A stretch of 48,392 nucleotides of DNA from Nitrososphaerota archaeon (GCA_028820595.1 JAPPIP010000102.1:1-48392), one strand, 5' to 3'. Shown: positions 37,849 through 47,687, numbered from the stretch's first letter. Translations and numbers: made by a program. Notes: generated from the letters alone by a model not told the origin.

Positions 37849-38144
37849 GGCCGGCGACCCCCGCCCAGCCTTGCGGCCTTGCCCCGCAGCAGGGCCGCCT
37901 GTCTTGCCGTGTGTTTTTTGCGCAGGGGCGCCGGCAGCATGGGCAGCAGGTCGTCTGCCGCGTCCAAGTAATGCTCCGCTCTCTCCCACGCGTGCTCCAA
38001 TGCCTCGAGGACGTTCTCCTGCTTGGCCTTGTCTGGCTTGTTCTGGGGGCTGATGTACAGCGACTCCTTGCCCGCCTGATAGTACAGGTATTTTCTGCCT
38101 TTGGACGTCTTGACTGTGAATGTCAATATCGTATTATATGACAT
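37845..38144 (-). CDS. small basic hypothetical protein leading the R-M operon
   Basis: [22 protein letters not shown] beta-hairpin-like segment plus helices; its stop overlaps the hsdM TTG. Confidence 0.6.
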   Translation of the reverse strand: MSYNTILTFTVKTSKGRKYLYYQAGKESLYISPQNKPDKAKQENVLEALEHAWERAEHYLDAADDLLPMLPAPLRKKHTARQAALLRGKAARLGGGRRP

Positions 38145-38388
38145 GCACCTTATAACTGAATCGTGAGTTATCCGATTTTATGGTATCTTGGAAGGCGATG
38201 TTCTGGGCCGGAGAAGCGGAGATCTCAACGGACTCAAAGCCATTGCAAACCAGGGGCGTTCTCTTCGCCCTCCTTGGCCGCCGCCTGCTAGGGCACGTCC
38301 CCCCGAACCTAGGCGGATCGACTTTTCATACAATACGCACGTCCCCCCGCCTGAAAATCATTAAATAATCAGGTCAGGGAGCACTCCC

Positions 38389-38640
38389 ATGACCCTGCCT
38401 CCAAGTGCGCACGTACCCCGCGAGTCGTGGCCGAACTGGATATGGTACTCGATTGAGTTTGGGATAGTGCTGGCGGCCTCCATGCTGGTGTCCCGCGAGA
38501 TCACCGACTCCGTCGAGGAGCTGGCGCCCGACGTACAGAACTACCTCTTCATGGGGATAGTGGGCCTGATATTCTTGGCCTGGTACATCGGGATAAGGGG
38601 ATTCGTGCTCAAAAAGAAGATCCTGCGGAACACCTACTAG
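38389..38640 (+). CDS. small two-TM membrane protein
   Basis: PRESWPNWIWY..EFGIV, two TM helices; TATA-like TTAAATA about 25 nt upstream. Confidence 0.7.
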   Translation: MTLPPSAHVPRESWPNWIWYSIEFGIVLAASMLVSREITDSVEELAPDVQNYLFMGIVGLIFLAWYIGIRGFVLKKKILRNTY

Positions 38641-38677
38641 GGATACGCTCCGCCCGTCGTCCCTTCCGCCATGTGAG

Positions 38678-39430
38678 TTAGCTGCCTTGGTACGCCGTCT
38701 TGTCCGCGATGCCGGCGTCCGCAAAGGCGCGCCTGCGGTTCATGCAGGACTCGCACCTGCCGCACTGCCGCCTTCTGCCCGCGTAGCAGCTCCACGTCTC
38801 GTATATGCGGTCCCCGAGCGCGTCGGCCCCCAGCCTTACCAGTTCCCTCTTTCCAATCCCCGCCGAATACGGGGACCATATCTCTATCTCGCGCCGCACG
38901 CCCAGTTTTATCCCGTCCGACTCGCCGGCGTTGAACGCGGCCTGGAGCCTTCTGGCAAACGGGGGCCTGCAGTCCGGATAGTGCGCGTCGCCGGTATGGG
39001 CCCCGTACGCGACGCGCGTCGCCCCGACCGAGAACGCCCACGCGGACGCGATCGAGAGAAAGACCGCGTTTCTGATCGGCACCACGATAGAGTACTCGAA
39101 GGAGCCCGGCAGCTTGCTCTTTGAGCTCGTCAGGACGTTCGAGTCGCCGTACAGCCCCCTCATAAAGCCGATGTCGACTATCCTGTGCCGCTTGAGCCGC
39201 AGCCTCCTTGCCAGCCTCCTGGCCGCGTCCAGCTCGGGGCCCGCCCTCTGGCCGTACGAGAACGTTATGCCGTACACCTCGTCGTACTCGGCCGCCTGCA
39301 TAGAGGCCACGCACGTCGAGTCGATCCCGCCGCTGAACACCACGACGGCCCTTCTTGGCGGGCGGCCCTTGGTACCGCCACTCCCCTTCTGGGCGCCCGC
39401 GCCCCTCTTTTTCGCCTTCACGCGCACCAC
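38678..39430 (-). CDS. queC: 7-cyano-7-deazaguanine synthase
   Basis: SGGIDS, SYGQR, VP.RNAVFL, YPDCR, TWSCY..CG.CESC; GTG start approximate. Confidence 0.95.
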   Translation of the reverse strand: MVRVKAKKRGAGAQKGSGGTKGRPPRRAVVVFSGGIDSTCVASMQAAEYDEVYGITFSYGQRAGPELDAARRLARRLRLKRHRIVDIGFMRGLYGDSNVLTSSKSKLPGSFEYSIVVPIRNAVFLSIASAWAFSVGATRVAYGAHTGDAHYPDCRPPFARRLQAAFNAGESDGIKLGVRREIEIWSPYSAGIGKRELVRLGADALGDRIYETWSCYAGRRRQCGRCESCMNRRRAFADAGIADKTAYQGS

Positions 39431-39438
39431 GCCGCCAC

Positions 39439-40458
39439 CTAGGATACTATCCTTGCCCCCCCTGCGGGCCTGCAGACAACGGTCCTGCACGGGACGCCCG
39501 CGGACCTGAATCCGGCCGACATCGCGGCCGTTATCTTCTGCTGCGCCCTGCGCGTACCGGTCGTTATCGATATGACGGAGGGGCCCGCCCCGCTTATCAT
39601 CACCTCCTTTGCGCCCGCCCCGAGCGCGGCCTCCTTGACGCGATCAAAGCCCGGTATCATGTGCTTTCTTGCGGGCTCTGCTATCGCGTCCGCCGTGATC
39701 CCGGAGCCAAGCATGCTGTTGTCCCCCGTCGCCAGGGCCGCTGCAAGCAGCGCCGCGTTTGCCGTGTTGATTGCGCTGTCCCCGAGCGGCACCTTCCTGG
39801 GGAGCACGCCCCTTGAGACGGCCGTCTTTTTGTCCGGGACCTTTATTGTGGGGATTGCCACACAAAACCTCAGCCTCGGGGACGGCCTGAATCCGGCCAG
39901 CGCCATGGGGCTGCCGGGCCTGACCACCACGAACCCGCCCATGACCGAGGCCGCCACGTTGTCGTAGTGTACGGTGCCCGCGCTCGCCCTCTCGCCCTCG
40001 CCGGCCGCGGCCACGAGCTCGGCCGGGGACAAGTCCAGGCCGAACAGGCTGTCGCACGCGACCGCGGCGGCCGCGGCCGACGCCGCGCTGCTCCCAAGCC
40101 CCAGCCCCGTGGGGACGCCCTTCCTGATTGCTATCTTGATGTCGTCGGTTATGCCGCGCCCCCTGAGCATGTGCCTTGCCACCAGCCCCGCCGTGTTCGA
40201 GTCGGGGTCCGCAGGCGGCAGGGGCGCTGTCCTGCCCGGACTCCCCCTCCTGGAGCCCGTGCTTGTAATGGATATCCTGCCGGCCCCCGAGCTCCGCCCT
40301 GCTATGGATACTGAGACCTCGTCGTAGAACGCGTCGAGCGCAAGCCCGAACGCGTCAAAGCCGGGGCCCAGGTTTGCCGAGCTGCAGTACGCCCTCGCCT
40401 TCTTCCGCGTTCCCTTCGCGGCGAGCGGGGCCCTTGTGGTGGCGCCCAAGCCGTTCAC
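39439..40458 (-). CDS. thrB: homoserine kinase
   Basis: SSANLGPGFD, P.GLGLGSSAAS, HYDNVA, ISGAGPS. Confidence 0.95.
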   Translation of the reverse strand: MNGLGATTRAPLAAKGTRKKARAYCSSANLGPGFDAFGLALDAFYDEVSVSIAGRSSGAGRISITSTGSRRGSPGRTAPLPPADPDSNTAGLVARHMLRGRGITDDIKIAIRKGVPTGLGLGSSAASAAAAAVACDSLFGLDLSPAELVAAAGEGERASAGTVHYDNVAASVMGGFVVVRPGSPMALAGFRPSPRLRFCVAIPTIKVPDKKTAVSRGVLPRKVPLGDSAINTANAALLAAALATGDNSMLGSGITADAIAEPARKHMIPGFDRVKEAALGAGAKEVMISGAGPSVISITTGTRRAQQKITAAMSAGFRSAGVPCRTVVCRPAGGARIVS

Positions 40459-40509
40459 CCCGCCGTCCTGACGCGTGCCGGAGGCCGCGACCCTGCTGCT
40501 GCTATCATG

Positions 40510-41268
40510 TCAGTCCTCCACCTCCTCTCCTCTGTTAAGTATTCTGCTGAGCGCCCCCTCCAGGGTTACCAGCCCGTCGCCGGTCACGTTAGATACCGGG
40601 ACAAGCCCCTGCGCAAACCCGCCTATGTTGAGCCCGCGCAGTATGCTGCTGGTAAGCGTGTACGTCTCGCCGTCGGACTCGGCCGCGACCGCGTCCTCAA
40701 GCGAGCTGAGGCTGGAGGACCACCTGAGTATCTCCCTGATCTTTGGGCCTATCAGGTCCGTCTTGGTGACCGCGTTTATGGCGGGCAGCCCGAGCCGCAG
40801 CCTTATGGAGGTGGAGAGCAGGGCTATTGACACAAAGTTGACCGGCGTGGTGATCAGGGCGCCGTCAAACAGAAAGATGCTGGTCTTCTCCCCCGCCGAT
40901 ATGTTGTCGACCACGTACCCCCCGCTTGAGCGGTACGCGAACAGCTCGACTTGGCCCGGCGTGTCCACTATGAGATAGTCCGGGTTCACGTCGTCGACCT
41001 GCGCCCGTATGTCGTCTATCTTGGAGGCTATCAGGTCGCTTGCCATTATCAGCGAGCCGTTGGGGCCCAGGTCGTACTGCCGCATTATGGACACCAGGTC
41101 GACGTGGTCCCTGACGTCTATGTCGCACGCGTAAGGCAGGCTCTCGACGCCCGCGTCCAGGTTCAGGATGGCCGCAAACGCGCCGTTTTTCGTATAGTAT
41201 TCGTGCAGCTTTGAGGTGAGGAGGGACTTGCCGCTTCCGGCGGTCCCGGATATAAAGACGGACTTCAA
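40510..41268 (-). CDS. GPN-loop GTPase
   Basis: GTAGSGKS, NLD, LGPNG, DTPGQVE.F. Confidence 0.92.
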   Translation of the reverse strand: MKSVFISGTAGSGKSLLTSKLHEYYTKNGAFAAILNLDAGVESLPYACDIDVRDHVDLVSIMRQYDLGPNGSLIMASDLIASKIDDIRAQVDDVNPDYLIVDTPGQVELFAYRSSGGYVVDNISAGEKTSIFLFDGALITTPVNFVSIALLSTSIRLRLGLPAINAVTKTDLIGPKIREILRWSSSLSSLEDAVAAESDGETYTLTSSILRGLNIGGFAQGLVPVSNVTGDGLVTLEGALSRILNRGEEVED

Positions 41269-41371
41269 CTGGACGGCCGTGCCTGCCGCCCTTTATTCAA
41301 AGCTTGCAGGGCTGCCGCCCGTGCCTGCGTAATAATTTAGTTCATATTTTCCATTTCTGGGGTTTTCTGCA

Positions 41372-42418
41372 ATGAACTGGAGGCTGGCAGTGGTGCCCGT
41401 TACGCTCATACCCATAGTCATCATAGCCGTCCAGTTCGACATAGAGCTGGACGACGTCCTCGCGATAGGGATAGTGCCGTTTGTGGGGGCGGTGGGGGCC
41501 ATGATGGCAAAGCTCGGGCTGCAGGGGATAAAGTTCGCGTACATAACGCGCAGGTATCTTGCGGGGTTTGACTCCGTGCTGAGGCTGACCGGCGTCAGGG
41601 TCGGCTCCGAGTTCATAAAGTTCACCACCCCGATGTTCGTGGGCGCCGAGTTCATCGTGATATACTACCTGCACAAGAAGGGCGTAAAGCCCTCAAAGTC
41701 GACCTGGATTGCCATCATGGACATAGTAACGGAGGTGCTGGCGGGGGGGCTGCTCTCCATCGCGGCCGGCATCATAGCGCTCGCAAGCGGGGCGTACCTG
41801 GTGGCGGCCATCGTGCTTGGCACCAGCATATTCGTGACCACGCTGTGGATGGTGCTGTTCCTGCTCTCATCCAAGCGCACGTTCCAGGTGCCGCGCGTCC
41901 TGGCGTCGCTCTCGGTCAGGCTCGGCAAGGAGAAGGCGGCCAAGTACGTCAAGGAGACCAACACCTGGATGGAGGAGATCTGCAGCATGAGCAGGCAGCA
42001 CCTCAGGACGCCGGAGGCAAAGAAGGTGTTTGTCGTGTCGTTTCTGATCTCGCTTGCGTCGTGGTCGTTTTACGGCATATCCTTCATGATAATATCGCTG
42101 GGGCCCGGCTATGTAATCGGGGCGTTTGAGTCTATAATGGCCGTGATGGCGGCAAACGCGATAGGAAACCTGCCGATTACGGTGGGCGGCTCCGGCCTGG
42201 CAGAGTTTGGGATAGTGGCGTACCTGTACAACCTGGACCCGTTCAACCTGCAGGCGGGCGCCGGGACGGACACTCTTGCGTGGGACGCGGTCATCGGGTG
42301 GCGCATCGCCACGTATTACGTGCCGATTGTGATTACCTGGCTGCTGCTAGTCAAGCTGGCGCTCAGCCGCGTGTCCCGCAACCAGCAGGCGGCCGCGGGC
42401 GGCCCCGGCGGAGACTAG
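41372..42418 (+). CDS. lysylphosphatidylglycerol synthase-like / flippase-type membrane protein (UPF0104-like)
   Basis: TP..VG.E, P.T.GG.G.AE, WR..TY; many TMs. Confidence 0.8.
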   Translation: MNWRLAVVPVTLIPIVIIAVQFDIELDDVLAIGIVPFVGAVGAMMAKLGLQGIKFAYITRRYLAGFDSVLRLTGVRVGSEFIKFTTPMFVGAEFIVIYYLHKKGVKPSKSTWIAIMDIVTEVLAGGLLSIAAGIIALASGAYLVAAIVLGTSIFVTTLWMVLFLLSSKRTFQVPRVLASLSVRLGKEKAAKYVKETNTWMEEICSMSRQHLRTPEAKKVFVVSFLISLASWSFYGISFMIISLGPGYVIGAFESIMAVMAANAIGNLPITVGGSGLAEFGIVAYLYNLDPFNLQAGAGTDTLAWDAVIGWRIATYYVPIVITWLLLVKLALSRVSRNQQAAAGGPGGD

Positions 42419-42503
42419 GGCCCCGTACCCTCCTGCCTGCCGCGCGGCGGGCCCGCGACGCCGCCGGAGAATACTTTAATTGAAAATGACGCGCCGTTAC
42501 GCG

Positions 42504-43109
42504 ATGTCCGACGCGCCAGCAAGCGATCCCGGCGGCGGGAGGGACGAGCTCGTCGCGATGCTGCAAAGGACGGGGGCCCTGAGGCTCTCTGACAGGAGGG
42601 AGTTCAGGCTGGCATCGGGCGAGATGTCAGACCACTATTTTGATCTCAGGCTGCTGTGCGGCGATCCGGACGGCATAGGCGCCGTGTCCGCGGCCCTGTA
42701 TGACATGATGGTGCGGACGGGCGCGCCGCGGTCGGTGGGCGGCATAGAGTCCGGCTCCATCTCTATTGCCGCGGCCATATCGCACCTGAGCGGGCAGCTC
42801 CACAGGCGGGATCCGTCGTCGCCGTCGCTGCCGTCCTTTTTCGTAAGGAAGGGCCGCAAGGGGCACGGGACGCAGAAGATGATAGAGGGCGTGATAGAGT
42901 CGCCTGCAGTCGTGGTGGAGGACGTGGTTACGAGCGGCGGCTCGGCGCTCAGGGCGGTAGATATAATCCGCGACGCGGGGTACGAGTGCGGCCATCTGAT
43001 GTGCGTGGTGTTCCGGGGATCCGACGCGCAGCAAAAAGAGATAGAAAAGTCCGTGAAGATTCGGTACCTGCTCAGATCCGACTACATACTAGGGCGCCTC
43101 CGTGCATGA
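42504..43109 (+). CDS. pyrE: orotate phosphoribosyltransferase
   Basis: F.LASG..S..YFD.R, RK..KGHG...IEG, VVEDVVTSGGS; start uncertain (42480-42504). Confidence 0.88.
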   Translation: MSDAPASDPGGGRDELVAMLQRTGALRLSDRREFRLASGEMSDHYFDLRLLCGDPDGIGAVSAALYDMMVRTGAPRSVGGIESGSISIAAAISHLSGQLHRRDPSSPSLPSFFVRKGRKGHGTQKMIEGVIESPAVVVEDVVTSGGSALRAVDIIRDAGYECGHLMCVVFRGSDAQQKEIEKSVKIRYLLRSDYILGRLRA

Positions 43110-43207
43110 ACCGCCGTTCCCCTGCGGCGCGGCGTCACGTGCAAGGAAGCGCCGCAAGGGCCGCCGCGTGAGAAGCGCACCGCTGGCACAACCACTTTAT
43201 CCCCGCC

Positions 43208-44011
43208 ATGTATTACGACATTGTGGATTTCACCGGCAAGACGGTCCTTGTCACTGGAGCCTCATCCGGGATAGGCAGGGAGTCTGCAATACGGTTTGCG
43301 CGCGGGGGCGCCGACCTGGCCCTGGTGGCAAGGAGAAAGGACGTGCTCGATGCAGCCGCGTCCTCGCTCGAATCCAGATACGGCGTCCGCGCCAAGGCGT
43401 ACCAGTGCGACGTGTCGAAAAGGGAGCAGGTCTCGCGCATGACCCGCCTGGCGCTCGACGAGTTCTCGGGCATCGACGTTCTGGTGAACAACGCGGGCTT
43501 TGCGATCAGCGGGGCCGTGTCCGCGCTGTCAGTCGAGGACATCGAGTCGCAGATGCAGACCAACTACTTTGGGATGGTATACTGCACGAAGGGGCTGCTG
43601 CCCCACATGCTCGAGAGGGGCTCGGGACACATCGTCAACGTGGCGTCGGTTGCCGCGAGCTTTGGGCTGCCCGGCATCGCGCCGTACTGCGCCTCCAAGT
43701 CTGCGATGCTGGGGTTCTCCGAGGGGCTGAAGCACGAGCTGAGGGGGACCGGCGTGGGCGTAACGGTGGTCAGCCCCATAATGGTCAGAACCGAGTTCTT
43801 TGATCATCCGTGCTTTGAGAACGTGCCGCGCAGCCCGGCCGCCTCGCTGGGCCCCGGCGCCGCCGCCAAGGCCGTGCTGCAGGCCGCAGGCTCATCGAGG
43901 CTCGAGATCATAGTGCCGCCGCCGGTCCGCGCCGCGGTGTGGCTCAAGCACACGTTTCCGTTCGTGATGAATCCCATACTTGGAAGGGCGTTCAGAAGAT
44001 ACATGCGCTAG
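43208..44011 (+). CDS. short-chain dehydrogenase/reductase
   Basis: TGASSGIG, NNAG, YCASK; GTG at 43223 is an alternative start. Confidence 0.92.
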   Translation: MYYDIVDFTGKTVLVTGASSGIGRESAIRFARGGADLALVARRKDVLDAAASSLESRYGVRAKAYQCDVSKREQVSRMTRLALDEFSGIDVLVNNAGFAISGAVSALSVEDIESQMQTNYFGMVYCTKGLLPHMLERGSGHIVNVASVAASFGLPGIAPYCASKSAMLGFSEGLKHELRGTGVGVTVVSPIMVRTEFFDHPCFENVPRSPAASLGPGAAAKAVLQAAGSSRLEIIVPPPVRAAVWLKHTFPFVMNPILGRAFRRYMR

Positions 44012-44058
44012 CAGCGCGCCGCCTGCCCGCCGCGTCTTCTCCCTTCCGTCGCCGTCAC

Positions 44059-44430
44059 CTAGTCGTCGGCCGCCCCGTCCGCGTCGACTGCCTCCAGCGA
44101 CTGCAACCCGAACCTATAGATTGCGTCCATCTCTATGCCCTTTTCATTCAACAGGTACTCTGCTGTCTTTTTGCCAAGCGGGGCCTTGTGCTGCTCGAAT
44201 ACAAAGCAGTACACCGTGCCCTTCTCCAAGGCCTTCGTATCAGTGCCGGCAGGCACGTCCATCGTAATGATGTGTCTTCCGTCCTCCACCGGCTCGTACA
44301 GCTGCACGTCGGCCTTGTTGTCCTTGTCATACAGCTCCAGTATGACCCCCGTCCCGTCCACCCTTCTGGCGTCCGTAAACTCGGCATTCTCGATGTCGCT
44401 GACCACCCAGTCAGGAAGCTCGTCTGGCAT
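44059..44430 (-). CDS. hypothetical protein
   Basis: MPDELPDWVV, acidic; TAATG coupling with the upstream gene. Confidence 0.7.
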   Translation of the reverse strand: MPDELPDWVVSDIENAEFTDARRVDGTGVILELYDKDNKADVQLYEPVEDGRHIITMDVPAGTDTKALEKGTVYCFVFEQHKAPLGKKTAEYLLNEKGIEMDAIYRFGLQSLEAVDADGAADD

Positions 44431-44738
44431 TACTCTTCCTGCTTTTCCTTTTTGCTCTTCTGCCACCAGTTCAGGTAGTCGTCCTGCCTGTCCTCGCGCG
44501 TCTTCTCACGCTGGTTCAGCTTGTACCTGATGTCCGACACCTGCTCCCTCGTGGCGTACAGCCCGCACCGCTTGCATATGAAGTGCTTTGTGGCCGTGTC
44601 AAGCTTCATGGGGATCTCGATCTGGTCGAACAGCTTGTACAGGTCGTCCCTGCCCCTGTCCTCCTCGGGCGTCTCCTCCTCGTACCGATCCTGTATCTTC
44701 CTCTTTTCCTTTGCCGCGCATTCCGGACAGTTGGGCAT
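44430..44738 (-). CDS. zinc-finger hypothetical protein
   Basis: CPEC ... CKRCG, DDYL.WW. Confidence 0.75.
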   Translation of the reverse strand: MPNCPECAAKEKRKIQDRYEEETPEEDRGRDDLYKLFDQIEIPMKLDTATKHFICKRCGLYATREQVSDIRYKLNQREKTREDRQDDYLNWWQKSKKEKQEE

Positions 44739-45177
44739 GTATCTTGACGCCAAATTTTTTCCTTAAAAAGCCTTACCGATAGCGGTTCGGGCGCGGATAC
44801 CGTTTCGCGGCTTGTCAGATCGGGCGCGCCCGGAGAGCCGCACCAAAATTTGGCGCGGCCCGTCAGTGTTGGCCGTACCCTAATTTTATGCCCACATATT
44901 TTTTGAACGGTTTGGGATCCGCCCGGCGCCCTCTAAGGCCTGCAACCGGCGCATGGCCGTTGCCCCCTTCTTACAGCTTTCAAAAACGGCGCAGTCCATC
45001 TAATGATGCGGAACGCGTGGATTCGTGTGCGAACCGGGCGTTTGTGGCCATCTCCAATAATAATAATAATCGACAGTCCAACGCGCGGCTCATCTCGTCA
45101 TCCCTTTCGGTCCGTTCGCCCATCGAACATTGCCGCGCGCCGGACCTACGTCGGCCATGCGCCGCGTCTTATTATCC

Positions 45178-46467
45178 CTATTCCCCGAGGATGTCAGACG
45201 CGATCTTGGCCGCGTTCTGGGCCCCGCCCCCGTCAAAGTTCCTGGAGAACTCTGACAGTCTGTCTGCGTACTCGGATCCGTTGCGCCTTATGTCGCGTAT
45301 GGCCTCGATGATCTGTCCCGTGCTGTTTGCCAGGGCCCCGAGTCCGCGCTCGCGGGCCCATCTTATGTTGTTCGTGTGCTCGTCGTATATGGGAACCCCT
45401 ATGATGGGCTTTGCCTTGCCCCCCATTATCTCGCCCATTACCGTGTGCGAGCCGTTGATCACGGCATAGTCGCACGCGCCAAGCACCGCGTCCTTGTCGC
45501 CCTCGGCCAGAAAGCCCACGTCGATCTGGATCCAGTCTGCCCCCCTGTCGGCGGCCTCTGCTATGGTGTACCTCCTGCCGCCCGCATCAGTCACCGAGTC
45601 GATGCTGCCGTCGTTTCTTGCATGCGAGACTATCCTGCGCTCTGCCCTCATCTCGTCCCTTGCAAAGGCCTCCTCGTACCTCCTGCCGGTCCCGTCGTTG
45701 GTGGACTTGTCGCCCGTGCGCATCCAGTACCCAAAGCCTCCCGTGCCGTTCTGCCCGAGCAGCCTGGCCAGGTTCGTGTCTGACCGTTTCTCTGCTGTAG
45801 CCGATCCTCCGCCGCCTCCGCCTCCGCCGCCGCGATCCTCCGTAAAGTGGCCCACGTACACGACCTTTTCCCTCTCGACCTCGTCTGGAAAGTTGAGGTT
45901 GTGCTCGCATATGGTGTGCGGCGGCGGCGAGTCGGCCACCAGAATCTTGGTGGCCTTTGCTATCTGCCTTGCTATGAATGCGGCCGCGGGGTACAGGTAC
46001 GCCCGCGTTCTGTACAGTCTGGGCCTGAACTGGTTCGTGACGAACAGGCACGGTACGCCCCTGTTGCGTGCAAGTATGTTTGAGCCCACGTCGCCGTCGT
46101 TTACCACCAGGTCAAACTTTTGCGCGTCGTACAGCCTGCGCTCCTGGCGCAGGTAGTTGGCAATCTGGGATACGAGGGCCGGGTTTCCCTCCACCGGGAG
46201 CAGCAGGTTTGCAAGCGACCTTGAGAGGCTGGGGCCCATGTCGCCGTCTATGGGGGTCGGCATCAGGATCTCGTGTATTCTGTCGGTTTGGCCCCCATCC
46301 GCCCCGAAGCGCTCAAGAAGTCTCTGGTATATGCGGCCCTTGCTTGAGTAATGCACCTCCGTTGCCGCGCCGCCGCCCATCCGCGCCGCCAGCGCCCTGT
46401 CAAACCTCATCATTCTAGAGTAGTGGCCGCCCCCCCACGGGTAGATGAACTGTCCTATCTTGCGCAT
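45178..46467 (-). CDS. GT-B glycosyltransferase (family 28-like)
   Basis: WG.GHYSR, DLVVND, GSHT.MGE, P.I..P..DEH..N; start at ATG 46467. Confidence 0.8.
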   Translation of the reverse strand: MRKIGQFIYPWGGGHYSRMMRFDRALAARMGGGAATEVHYSSKGRIYQRLLERFGADGGQTDRIHEILMPTPIDGDMGPSLSRSLANLLLPVEGNPALVSQIANYLRQERRLYDAQKFDLVVNDGDVGSNILARNRGVPCLFVTNQFRPRLYRTRAYLYPAAAFIARQIAKATKILVADSPPPHTICEHNLNFPDEVEREKVVYVGHFTEDRGGGGGGGGGSATAEKRSDTNLARLLGQNGTGGFGYWMRTGDKSTNDGTGRRYEEAFARDEMRAERRIVSHARNDGSIDSVTDAGGRRYTIAEAADRGADWIQIDVGFLAEGDKDAVLGACDYAVINGSHTVMGEIMGGKAKPIIGVPIYDEHTNNIRWARERGLGALANSTGQIIEAIRDIRRNGSEYADRLSEFSRNFDGGGAQNAAKIASDILGE

Positions 46468-46514
46468 GAGGCGCCAAGACCACTGCCCGTTTAAATTGTG
46501 ATCTGCCTGGTGCC

Positions 46515-47687
46515 CTAGGACGACCCGGATGATTCCGGGTACAGCGAGTCGAGAATGTCGTGCGTGTTGTTTGCGCCCACCCGGACGGTGACCTTCTGGC
46601 CCTGTTCTGCCTTGGCCGCGCCGTCCTGCCATCCTGCGTCGGCCGTCCCTCCGGCCGCGCCCGCCATTGCAATCTCCTTCTCCAGCCTCTTGACGCCGGC
46701 GTCCCCCAGCACCAGTTCGCGCGCGATCCCGTAGATGCCGTCCTCGTCCGTTCCTGCAAGGGGCACGAGCGGTGCCATGCCGTGCTCGGTTACGTACAGC
46801 ACGTGGGCGTCCACGACGTCGGCCGGAAACGCGGCGGGGGGTGTGGCAAGCGCCATCCTGGAGCCCGGTCCCTGCATGGACTGCATGGCCCCGGTGACGG
46901 CCCCGACAAAAGCCCGGTACTTTCCACCGGCGCTGCGGCCTCCGCGGTCCCGGCTGCCGCCGTTCCCCATCCTTACAAACTCCAGCTCGACCTCCTGCCT
47001 CAGCATCCTCGGGATCAGCCGGTTCAGCATCCTTGCCAGGTTCAGCATCCCCGCCCTGCTCTTGTAAAAGACGGTTATCGAGACGTCGTATCCCTGGCGC
47101 ATGCACGCAAAGCACGACGCGGCGGACATCTCGTCGTATACGGCGCACGCCGCGTCCCTCCGGCCGTCCCGCTGGGTCGGCACGCCCCCCGCGCCCACGT
47201 CCGAAAATATGCAGACGTACGCGTTCCTTGGCGTCACGTACGCGTAGATCTCCCTGTCAAACCTGCCCGCGGTCCCGGGAACCGCCCCCAGCTCCTCCTT
47301 TCTTTCTATGATTCTTGACGTGGCGGCCACCTCTGCGTCCTTTGCGATGAACCCCTTCGTGGTGCCCTCCACCGTAACCAGGAACCGCTCCCCCCTCAGC
47401 AGGAGGTTGCCGCCCACCGACACAATCTTGGAGACCAGCTCGTCAAGGCCGTTGCCGGCCCTTCTTGCTATGGCCACCTTCCTGACCCCGAACAGCAGCC
47501 CTATGGCAGACGACGCAAAGACCGGGTCGTTTGCGTGCACCAGTATGATGTCGCCGTCGCGGCCAACCGACCTGAACTCCTGTCCGCGTATCCTCAGGAT
47601 TGTCTTGATGTTTGCAGTCAGCTGCGGGATTCTCTTCCGCGCAAACACGGTTGGAAAGACCAGCACGTACGAGGGGGCCTCTTCCAT
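46515..47687 (-). CDS. ThiI-like THUMP-domain protein with degenerate PP-loop
   Basis: L..NI...L N-terminus, THUMP-like region, G.GG.P; SGG.DS replaced by AVYDEMS. Confidence 0.6.
   Translation of the reverse strand: MEEAPSYVLVFPTVFARKRIPQLTANIKTILRIRGQEFRSVGRDGDIILVHANDPVFASSAIGLLFGVRKVAIARRAGNGLDELVSKIVSVGGNLLLRGERFLVTVEGTTKGFIAKDAEVAATSRIIERKEELGAVPGTAGRFDREIYAYVTPRNAYVCIFSDVGAGGVPTQRDGRRDAACAVYDEMSAASCFACMRQGYDVSITVFYKSRAGMLNLARMLNRLIPRMLRQEVELEFVRMGNGGSRDRGGRSAGGKYRAFVGAVTGAMQSMQGPGSRMALATPPAAFPADVVDAHVLYVTEHGMAPLVPLAGTDEDGIYGIARELVLGDAGVKRLEKEIAMAGAAGGTADAGWQDGAAKAEQGQKVTVRVGANNTHDILDSLYPESSGSS

Noticed and set aside
27632..39430. que/folE genes flanking R-M genes suggesting a Dpd 7-deazaguanine DNA-modification system
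   Set aside because: No DpdA/TGT-like or DpdB-K genes are visible; the que genes have host-like composition and fit archaeosine synthesis
44760..45170. ~400-bp intergenic region with an (AAT)n run and an ORF called at 44888
   Set aside because: The ORF is antisense-overlapping and compositionally implausible; no convincing structure or repeat beyond a short microsatellite
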